This document shows, one piece after another, positions 26,601 through 36,800 of a DNA stretch of 64,000 nt. Numbering within the stretch: position 1 is the stretch's first letter; the number at the start of each line of letters is the position of its first letter. This DNA comes from Veleropilina oligotropha (lineage: Eukaryota), in contig JBEUKZ010000007.1 of NCBI GenBank assembly GCA_048128005.1, positions 124,001 through 188,000 of the forward strand, read 5' to 3'. The notes beneath the pieces are model-generated. The model worked only from the letters and a program-made list of their open reading frames with translations. It ran no database searches and had not been told where the DNA came from. The translations under genes were made by a program, and so were the position numbers.

Positions 26601-26934
26601 ATTGATCTTTGAGTGCTCCACTGCATATTAGTTAAAGTATTTAACAGACGTTATATGTGACTTGGGTTGTACATCCGCAAACGAGTAAAATTTTAATGAG
26701 AACTTTGAGAAATATACCATGTTGTCTGAAACACCACCAAATATGTGTACAGGCATAATCTTTCTGAAAGCATCGATGTGTACATACCCTGTGCTGGTCA
26801 TATTTGCCTGTGGCTACATTATGATTGGCAAGATTTTCAACTACATTTGCTTCCCATTGCTTCGGAAAACAGCATCCCTTCGGATCGGCGGCCGATGCAA
26901 CGACCGAAAATAACAGCACAAGAAACCACTTCAT
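11637..26934 (-). CDS. epdr: EPDR gene A: secreted ependymin-related protein with two tandem ependymin domains (~395 aa, 10 coding exons)
   Basis: Hand-spliced exons, all GT/AG and in frame: 26934-26788 (MKWFLVLLFSVVASAADPKGCCFPKQW..., signal peptide), 26427-26320 (LVYKFFYDDKNEF...FNYNT), 25951-25870 (GYQYVMNLDDKSCTR...QCFD), 25532-25365 (NATFHGTSYFG...TPDECYPMS), 21599-21412 (YINIKAGINDTSVFTVPAVC-EPPPP-VCCLPAQW...), 20988-20881 (ETGKIYSDAAR...QDYST), 13414-13339 (GLEYTIKNGICR...YCIP), 13091-12930 (SANFTGSAHLG...TRDGCYPVT), 12138-12050 (WFEDFKPFVDEDSVFAIPVFCTS), 11696-11637 (PGFITQF...TMA*, tentative last exon). The CCxPxQW...YD...CIP...CYP...FxxPxxC pattern is the ependymin signature. Symbol is family-level only. 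Confidence 0.88.
12507..12688. repeat. 60-bp tandem repeat, 3 copies (intron of gene A)
   Basis: atattgactatcgcattgtctggccactggaaatatcttctttccactctgttgctatg repeated at a 60-nt period. Confidence 0.95.
14015..14243 (-). mobile_element. SINE family A copy (diverged)
   Basis: ggaaaaccaccctcctctgctagttaatgacaaactg...ggttcgaacgcaac...agagtcgg. Confidence 0.65.
14440..15010 (-). mobile_element. Crypton-like (tyrosine-recombinase transposon) remnant: N-terminal ORF plus 69-bp perfect inverted repeat
   Basis: ORF 15004-14696 (MANRFASST...LGHFYIDARKSNGEHYKSISLEQIRYSLNRYL) resembles the N-terminus of Crypton/DUF3504 (KCTD1/QRICH1/ZMYM-type) proteins; catalytic domain absent; arms 14440-14508 and 14522-14590. 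Confidence 0.7.
16170..16400. repeat. ~117-bp tandem duplication
   Basis: aataataaagcttatcaaaacaca...gtgtatctcca twice. Confidence 0.9.
16800..18685. mobile_element. Non-autonomous TIR element inserted in the Academ-like ORF
   Basis: Left gacgatttcaccaggcaagtccaagttagac vs right reverse complement gccgatttcaccatccaagtccaatctagac; transposase reading resumes on either side. Confidence 0.6.
17765..18179. mobile_element. MITE with TIR CAGGCGCGGATCCAGG and 5-bp TSD GATCC (hAT-related)
   Basis: Perfect 16-bp TIRs; GATCC at 17760-17764 and 18180-18184. Confidence 0.85.
20320..20492 (-). mobile_element. SINE family B copy
   Basis: Minus-strand head gtcctcgatagcccaactggttagagcg...gggttcaagccc (A- and B-box) fused to a non-tRNA body. 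Confidence 0.7.
22160..25110. repeat. ~430-bp dispersed direct duplication (22160-22595 / 24685-25110) flanking other repeat debris in intron 4 of gene A
   Basis: Near-identical tatcttgcttatgacgttaatcc...cgacgtcgctcgac blocks. Confidence 0.9.
23383..23478. repeat. Long hairpin with CTCG-acttcgt-CTCG apex
   Basis: atatgggtctatgtaccgtttgtgagaatttattaa / ttaataaattctcacaaacaggtacatagacccatat. Confidence 0.85.
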
Positions 26935-27795
26935 GTTGCGACGAAAATATCGAATTGCTTAACGAATTCTACAAGGTGTGCATTGGAGGCTGTTATCACG
27001 ATAAATACCCGCCAATCTGCCGTTTCTCATTGATATCATATTAATCTAGACACAAACCCTTGTCACTCGGTGCGTCCCAAAGTATGAATACTGTATTTAA
27101 ATTGTTATGACTATTAGAAGGCATCGGCGCGCCGGAGGATCATTGCGATTCCGGAGTCTTCACGTTTTCTCCGAAACGTCCTCTTTATTGCACACATAAT
27201 CCAAATATCGGAGAGAGGCGTTAAATCGGGGTCTCTTCTGCAATATGACTGAAAATTGTTAAAAAGTGGCCGTAACACTAACTATTTGAAATTTAAAAAA
27301 TCATGATTGCCCTTGCAAATATAAAAATTATGCTGCATATGGAATGCCACGTGGTGATGGCGATTTAACACCGATTCGCCACTAACCGAGCCATATGCTA
27401 TTTTTCATTAGGCGAATTGGCAATGTATTATATTCCAAAGAAGGAAGATTCTGATCTTTAACAGTTTCAAAAGATACTTGGTTGCATTTCCATTATGCGA
27501 GCGGCATGTTTCCTAGGTGTGGACCGCACCAGGCACGTGCACCTCTTGTCAGTGACAATTTAGATCGAAAGAGATATCAAACATGATATACCGGTAACAA
27601 TACGTTTTGATAATATACAAGAAACGCATTCAACAGTAATTGGAATTGTAAAAATGTTGTATATCTACATACATGTGCGAGTGTATTCTTATAACATAGC
27701 TCTTTGTTAATTTCTCTTCAGATGTTGTGTCATTGATATGGTGTGTTGATAATTACGACCAGTGTCCGACTCAATTTGTTTCGTATCATAATCTC

Positions 27796-27833
27796 GATAA
27801 GGCTGGAAATGGCGCCATCTGGTGGATTCTCAC
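27796..27833 (+). promoter_or_regulatory. Putative proximal promoter module (GATA site + CSL/Su(H)-like site) of gene B
   Basis: GATAAGGCTGGA 97 nt upstream of ATG and TTCTCAC; similar arrangement in genes C and D. Confidence 0.45.
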
Positions 27834-27892
27834 CTTCACTTCATTGTCTGATATTGCTAGTCATTCCGTCATCGTGCGAACAAACAGTGCAC

Positions 27893-30800
27893 ATGTCGTA
27901 CATTCTGGTAATATTACTTGTTGTGCCGTTTGCGGCCGCGCAAACGAATGCAACAAAGAAGCCCTGCTGCTACCCGGAGCGATTTCAAGCGTTCATTGGC
28001 GACGTGGGCATTGAGACCGATGAGTCACACGACAGTGAAGACGAATTCCGGGTAGGTCTATGTCCATATTAGTAGCATTTTGATTTGGTTTGGACCAATA
28101 CTTAATGTCCTGTTTATTAACAACCTTCAGGTTCAAACCATAGTATATTATCGCAAGGGAGAGACCATGTCGCCGTTGGAAACCCATCCTCTCCTGCCAG
28201 TTATGAATAACTGACTGATAAAAAAACAATTCAATTCCACTGACCCAGCCAACATTCGAGCGCACTTCTGTTAGACAGAGCAGTCAACACAGTGGTACCT
28301 GCAGTCACACCGTTAAGCACAACTATCTTCAAAAATATAGTTGTCAACACATTAATTTAAAACGTATATGAAAAAGTAATCATCGATCTAATGGCGCCCG
28401 TCCTATATTATGTTACAATCGACGAGCACCTAGTGGGGGTTATTTGTGCCCCTCCTATATTATGTCACAATAGACGAGCACCTAGTGGGGTCATTTGTGT
28501 CCCTCCTATATTATGTCACAATAGACAAGCACCTAGTGGGGGTCATTTGTGTCCCTCCTATATTATGTCACAATAGACAAGCACCTAGTGGGGGTCATTT
28601 GTGTCCCTCCTATAATATGTCACAATAGACGAGCACCTATTGGGGCAATTTCCGCGCTGTGGGGGTCATTTGTTTCAGGTTTGGTGTGGATCGATGCTTA
28701 TTGTCCCATTGACCACTGGTCAGGGTCACGCCATTATATGTCCATATATTCACTAGAGTTAACCAGTAATAACTCAAATAAATTCCATGATAAATAAATC
28801 CCTGATGTTGATCACCGCGCGGTGGGTCGCATGACGCTGCTTTGCCCGTTTGGAGTGAAACGCCATAGTCCGCCAATCTCCGATGTTCGTTCAAAACACA
28901 CAGGTATTAGCCCTTCACCCATTAAACAATTTTCAGTTAATGCAGTTATGGACAATTATGAGTATTACCTCCGCAACGTAGGATTCGAACCCACTCATGT
29001 GAAACAGCTAACCCAATCATCATCATCATTCTTTATTTCGGCTCATGCGAAGTTATTCACATTTCGCCTCCAAAATATATACAAAACATAACATAACAGT
29101 TGGTTGTTCATACAAAACTACATAAATTCAACATATGATGCATTTCATTATAAGGAGTGAAACAGTTAACATACAATGTGTCGCCAATACTATAAAATGT
29201 TAAAATGTTACACTTTAAATTAAGACTTCTTGCCATAGTTATATTTAATTATAACTAGTCTGTGTCCAGGCAATCATATCGATTGTTTGATATAAAGAGT
29301 ATATTAATTTTTTATAAATTCCCGTCACTTCTTAACGACGTGAATGTAAGTTGCAGAGGATTGCTAACAATATGACTCTTTGTTAATTTCTGTTTTGTTT
29401 ATTAAAGTAGAAACCTATATGGTTCAATGCCTGAATAAAATGAATTTATTTGAACACAGAGTAAGGGTATATCCTTTTTATGATACGCGTGGTTTCTGAA
29501 ACATTAAAAACAAAAAGCTCCGAGAACTGAGACCTCCGCCAGAAAACAGTGAGAGTTAAGATGAATCCCCTCTAAAATTTAATCAATTGGTTTCAAACCT
29601 AAGGCCAAAGTGTGACGAACACTTTTCAGCTAAAACAGAAACATCGATCCCGGATATGACGTCATCATGTCCAGATTATCACCAAAAACTAATGGAATGG
29701 TTTTGGATAAGGTACAATTAATCCGTTAACAAAAATACCCAGACGCTAGCGGAAGTGATGCGGAAAGCTATTAGGAGCATGACGGCGGGAACCGGTTGTC
29801 TGTACGGCGAATTTATCGCTATAGCTTCAAAAATAAAATATAACATAACGTCATCACATCTGGCATCAGATCCGGACCATCACCATGATTGGCCCTGTTC
29901 GTGATTGGCACATCATGATTGGCACATCGTGGTAAATGTACAATACGATACGGACCACTCCGGTAGCCGCGTGGTCTCGAGCACCGACTCTGAAATCACT
30001 GGCTTGACTGCTCTGACTAACAGGAGTGCGTTCGAATCTCGGTTGGGGCAATGATTTTATATGTTCAGTTTTCAATCGCAGAGGTCCGTAACTGGTCGGC
30101 AATATGTACATGTTCTAGATGAACCTCAAGGCTATACCAGACGTTAAGCATCGATCCAAACGGAACAGAATATTCAAGAACTTTCAAGAAAGAAAATGCT
30201 GGCCATAAGTCCCTACATCTTGTTATTACATCATTAGTTCGAGAACAATGCAAATTGAACAGAATTATTGGAAAAGAAGAAGATGCAAAGAAATTCAAAC
30301 GGATGTAAATAATTTGGTAAAGTGGTCTCTGAATTCGCAAATAATAAGTGTAAAGGTAATATGTGTGGATTATAGTAAAATATTAATTACGCAATGGATT
30401 CCGAAAGTTTAGAAATAATGAAAAAAACATATGATTTGAGTGTAAGAATAGACAGGTCGTTTAAATCATCAAATCAATGTGCATTGGCAGCTAAAAGGGA
30501 AGTCAAATACCGAGGTCGACATAACACGCCTATATAAGCATAATGATAAACCAGATGTAGAATATGCAGTGCAAGCATCGAGTACTGAAGCAAAGAAGAG
30601 CTACAAAATTGATAGTGGATTGAGGGAAACGTCATATGAGGATATATTTAAAGCACCTGACATCATTCAATGTTCAAAATGCATGCAGGAAAAAACAATG
30701 TTGATAGTAGATACAGTTTTCAGATGAATCAAAGGTAAACCAGGGGACAAGTTGAACAAAAAGAGATCACGACTTGACGTTTGAAAACACTCTTTCTCAA

Positions 30801-33800
30801 AGAGGGTTGTAAATAGAGGGGATCTCACATGAGTGGTCATTTAATATCACATTTATGAAACGAGTTAACTAATTTTCATATTTTCCGAGGTTTCACCGAG
30901 GAAAATATGAAAATTAGTTATAACGAGTTTCATAAATGTGATATTAAATGACCACGATTGTGATATTCTTGTTATCATATATCTGAAAGTTATAAGGAAA
31001 CAAGCTGTATAACGTTGCTTTTAATTTTGTTGACTCCTTCTAACATACCATATTTATGCGGCGTAGTAATATGCAGAAGGTGAAATTTGTATATGTGACA
31101 ATGGCATTGTGTGTGAAAAATAATCCCGTTATTACCCACTCTATAAATTATAAAGAGCAACAAATGTTGTTATGAAAAGAACAAATGTCGCTTTATCAAT
31201 ATTATACTATTCCAACAAGCTCTATTCAAAGAACATGAAATGCGTGTCGCGCGTGACTAATGTATGTCGATTTCACCTTATATCGAATCAGAGGTGAGAG
31301 GTCGGCACAATTTGTCGACGAAGATACGTTTGGTTACATATAAAGCATCAGAACAATAACAAAATGGTCGGCTTTGTATATGTTAACAATTATAAACACG
31401 TTTCCAGAATAATTTTGTAAAAATTCAACGTTAATATGTTAATTTTCATCTAAAATAAGTTCGAATCGAGGCCAATATGGCGGTATAATGCCTGAAATGT
31501 ACACCAATCAGATTGCATAGCAGAAACTAAATTGCAAACTTGGCCTACTACGTTGTATTTTGTATGCTATGACTATCGGAAGTTAAACGATCTTACCTGG
31601 ATGACTGCACTTAGTATTTCAACTAAATATTGGTCGTTAGTTGCGGTATTTTCCCTTGACCGTGGCCATGTTTTTCTGATCGATTAAATCGCATATCGCC
31701 GAAATCGCAGGGTAGAAAAAAGGCCGATACACTGTAAATGGCCTTGTAGGAACCGCTCTGTCATTGGATGTTATTCTGTTTAATTGATAAGCTTTTCCAA
31801 TCAAAATTACAAAAGAGAGTCGATAGTACAATCTTAGGAGTGTAATATCGATTTTATCTTCCTAGAAATATGGTAAAATCGACATCTGTAGAAAAATCAC
31901 ATAAATGAGCAATTTAAGAGGCATAACAGATTACAGATGGGTAAATAATTTTCAACATTATCATATAAACGTTATGTGTGCAAAAGTACATAATCTTTTC
32001 AGGATTTTGGAGTATTAGTGTTTGACTATCCTGGGAGGAGAATATACAGACGTTTTTATGAAAGGAACACCCGCACCCGCGTAACAGAATTCACTGACTA
32101 TATCGCGGTAAGTTTCTATAACCACTTTCTAAATAAGTCATATTTATATATGCATAGATACATCTTCCTTAACTGTAGTTTCCTCTTACGAATACCCTTG
32201 TTTTGACAGTTATATGAATGTCCCAGACGATTATGATATAGACAGTTTAGTTTTAGGACCACATATTTTGACACTTTCAGTCGTATCAAGTCACATTTAC
32301 ATATATTTTTTTATCTTTGCCAGAAAAAAAAATACCGGGTGACGAGTGTGGGTGATTGCAAAGAATGTCAAATCACGACTCTAGAGAACAATGACATCAT
32401 GACTCACTGTATACCGGGTATGTTATAACATGGTGTCGGAGACTCACTGTATACCGGGTATGTTATTACATGGTGTCGGAGACTCACTGTATACCGGGTA
32501 TGTTATAACATGGTGTCGGAGACTCACTGTATACCGGGTATGTTATGACATGGTGTCGGAGACTCACTGTATACCGGGTATGTTATGACATGGAGGGAGA
32601 CTCACTGTATACCGGGTATGTTATGACATGGTGACGGAGATTCACTGTATACCGGGTATGTTATGACATGGTGTCGGAGACTCACTGTATACCGGGTATG
32701 TTATGACATGGAGGGAGACTCACTGTATACCGGGTATGTTATGACATGGTGTCGGAGACTCACTGTATACCGGGTATGTTATGACATGGAGGGAGACTCA
32801 CTGTATGCCGGGTATGTGATGACATGGAGGGAGACTCACTGTATACCGGGTATGTTATAACATGGAGGGAGACTCGCTGTATACCGGGTATGTTATGACA
32901 TGGTGTCGGAGACTCACTGTATATCGGGTATGTTATGACATGGTGTCAGAGACTCACTGTATACCGGGTATGTTATGACATGGAGGGAGACTCGCTGTAT
33001 ACCGGGTATGTTATAACATGGAGGGAGACTCGCTGTATACCGGGTATGTTATGACATGGTGTCGGAGACTCACTGTATATCGGGTATGTTATGACATGGT
33101 GTCGGAGACTCACTGTATACCGGGTATGTTATGACATGGAGGGAGACTCACTGTATACCGGGTATGTTATGACATGGAGGGAGACTCACTGTATACCGGG
33201 TATGTTATGACATGGTGTCGGAGACTCACTGTATACCGGGTATGTTATAACATGGAGGGAGACTCGCTGTATACCGGGTATGTTATGACATGGTGTCGGA
33301 GACTCACTGTATATCGGGTATGTTATGACATGGTGTCGGAGACTCACTGTATACCGGGTATGTTATGACATGGAGGGAGACTCACTGTATACCGGGTATG
33401 TTATGACATGGAGGGAGACTCACTGTATACCGGGTATGTTATGACATGGAGGGAGACTCACTGTATACCGGGTATGTTATGACATGGTGTCGGAGACTCA
33501 CTGTATACCGGGTATGTTATAACATGGAGGGAGACTCACTGTATACCAGGTATGTTATGACATGGAGGGAGACTCACTGTATACCGGGTATGTTATGACA
33601 TGGTGTCGGAGACTCACTGTATACCGGGTATGTTATAACATGGAGGGAGACTCACTGTATACCAGGTATGTTATGACATGGAGGGAGACTCACTGTATAC
33701 CGGGTATGTTATGACATGGTGTCGGAGACTCACTGTATACCGGGTATGTTATAACATGGAGGGAGACTCACTGTATACCGGGTATGTTATAACATGGAGG

Positions 33801-36800
33801 GAGACTCGCTGTATACCGGGTATGTTATGACATGGTGTCGGAGACTCACTGTATACCGGGTATGTTATGACATGGTGTCGGAGACTCACTGTATACCGGG
33901 TATGTTATAACATGGAGGGAGACTCACTGTATACCAGGTATGTTATGACATGGAGGGAGACTCACTGTATACCGGGTATGTTATGACATGGTGTCGGAGA
34001 CTCACTGTATACCGGGTATGTTATAACATGGAGGGAGACTCACTGTATACCGGGTATGTTATAACATGGAGGGAGACTCACTGTATACCGGGTATGTTAT
34101 AACATGGAGGGAGACTCACTGTATACCGGGTATGTTATAACATGGAGGGAGACTCACTGTATACCGGGTATGTTATGACATGGTGTCGGAGACTCACTGT
34201 ATACCGGGTATGTTATAACATGGAGGGAGACTCACTCTATACCAGGTATGTTATGACATGGAGGGAGACTCACTGTAAACCGGGTATGTTGTGACATGGA
34301 GGGAGACTCACTGTATACCGGGTATGTTATGACATGGAGGGAGACTCACTGTATACCGGGTATGTTATGACATGGAGGGAGACTCACTGCATACCAGGTA
34401 TGTTATGACATGGAGGGAGACTCACTGTATGCCGGGTATGTTATGACATGGAGAGAGACCCACTGTATACCGGGTATGTTATGGTGTCAGAGACTCACTC
34501 TATACCGGGTACGTTATGACATGGAGGTAGACTCACTGCATACCAGGTATGTTATGACATGGAGGGAGACTCACTGTATGCCGGGTATGTTATGACATGG
34601 AGAGAGACCCACTGTATACCGGGTATGTTATGGTGTCAGAGACTCACTCTATACCGGGTACGTTATGACATGTAGGGAGACTCACTGTATACCGGGTATG
34701 TTATGACATGGAGGGAGACTCACTGTATACCGGGTATGTTATGACATGGAGGGAGACTCACTGTATACCGGGTATGTTATAACATGTAGGGAGACTCACT
34801 GTATACCGGGTATGTTATGACATGGAGGGAGACTCACTGTATACCGGGTATGTTATGACATGGAGGGAGACTCACTGTATACCGGGTATGTTATGACATG
34901 GAGGGAGACTCACTGTATACCGGGTATGTTATGACATGGAGGGAGACTCACTGTATGCCGGGTATGTGATGACATGGAGGGAGACTCACTGTATGCCGGG
35001 TATGTGATGACATGGAGGGAGACTCACTGTATACCGGGTATGTTATGACATGGAGGGAGACTCACTGTATACCGGGTATGTTATGACATGAAGGGAGACT
35101 CACTGTATACCGGGTATGTTATGACATGGAGTCAGAGACTCACTGTATACCGGGTATGTTATGACATGGAGGGAGACTCACTGTATACCGGGTATGTTAT
35201 GACATGGAGTCGGAGACTCACTGTATACCGGGTATGTTATGACATGGAGGGAGACTCACTGTATACCGGGTATGTTATGACATGGAGTCGGAGACTCACT
35301 GTATATCGGGTATGTTATGAAATGGAGTCTGAGATTATCACCAGGATGGCTCACTGGGTGAAACAAATCGAATTTCAAAATTGAAAAGCTTTTACAGGGA
35401 TGACAGCAGACAGTGGATATCATTATGGTGAAGGCTCAGCCTGTTGAATGCTCGTTAGCACCGAATTAAATCGAATATTTAATAATAAGCTGAAAGATGG
35501 TAATATCTCACTTAAAACGTTTCTACTAAAATATGTGTACTATATAATTATTTATATTTTGCAATAACATTATTTTAGAAAATGCTTACTTAATCCATCC
35601 TGAATTATTCAGAATTTTTGAGCCAACATAAATTTGTCAAATAACCAACAATACATGCGCAGTGTGGGTTCAACATTAATTTCAACCTTTGCTTCAGAGG
35701 ACGCAGCTTTTGTGGGCACAGCGTATTTCGGTTTTGGTCCTCACCGTATGCCCATTGACGAATGGGAATATCATATCGAGAATAACGATAATAATGTCAA
35801 CACAACACTGAAACGCGTGGTGTGGGTAACAGATGGTTGCTACCTCGTCACTATGCAGGTCACCGGAATCAATAAGGGAGGTAAGACTTTTGACGCATGT
35901 TGCTACAGCACAATATACGGTCACGATAACGTAGGTGTCGGATATGTAATAGATAATACACTGCCAGCGCGAACGATATCATCGCTCGAGGCGTTGTGTG
36001 GATATCGTCGAGGGTGTCAGTGTATTATCTATCATACACACCATGAAAATATATTGTAAATTGCTAGCTGTAACCCCTTAAAATGGAATTAGCCACCCAT
36101 ATCAGGCTGATGAGCATATTATAAGAGTCGACGCTTCCGCCGAAATGGGGCTGGCAACTTTTCAAATCCTTTGTAATGGGCCAGCTCCCAATCACGACTT
36201 TAATTAATTCCATTGTTTGGGTTGTTAACTGCAATAATGGAGGCTGGCACTACGGGTCCTATTATCCAGATATCAAGCTCACGGTGTGTATTATTTTTAA
36301 CTCATTTTACCATTAAGGAAATTAACGGTTCGATACGTGACGTCATCACCATCGGTTCGAAACGTGACGTTATTCGATCTTCTTATTTGTTGCCGTCGTC
36401 TTGTTGGAACGATAATAAGGCTGGATAAGAGAGGAGAGATGATTATTTAAGCGTACGATCATGTTATGTAAGTAAGGACGATATGGTTGTTGAAATGTTC
36501 GACTACCTTCATCGTTGTCCTCTATCATTGCAATCACTCGACTGTCGTAATTAACCGTGCGATTCCACTTCTATCAGTTAATATGTTGTAGGTATCACCT
36601 AGATACAAACGCAGAATAGAGATTATACACAAATAAAAATTATGTAATCCGTACCATGCGATGTCTTCTTAATATGTCTAGTGTATTATTATTCATAATG
36701 TCTAGTGTAAGCTGACACACATATTCCGCGACGTCACCCATTGTTGCTTAGTTACGCATTTTCTCTGACGTCACAATTTTCAAAACAACACGTCATTCTT

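Noticed and set aside
32324..32332. Possible frameshift at the A9 run opening gene B exon 3
   Set aside because: Nine A's keep the frame (KKKY) and align with QKKY and GKRY in the paralogs.
32401..35334. CRISPR-like array or repeat-encoded protein ORFs
   Set aside because: No unique spacers (only two short alternative linkers), no cas genes, eukaryotic context; the ORFs are by-products of the 38/40-bp periodicity.
35634..36059. Stand-alone 141-aa gene
   Set aside because: Only 35698-35880 is coding (exon 4 of gene B); the rest is intron read-through.
36090..36155. Second hammerhead candidate (CTGATGA at 36107 ... GAAA at 36142)
   Set aside because: No convincing stem II and no room for stem I; probably chance.
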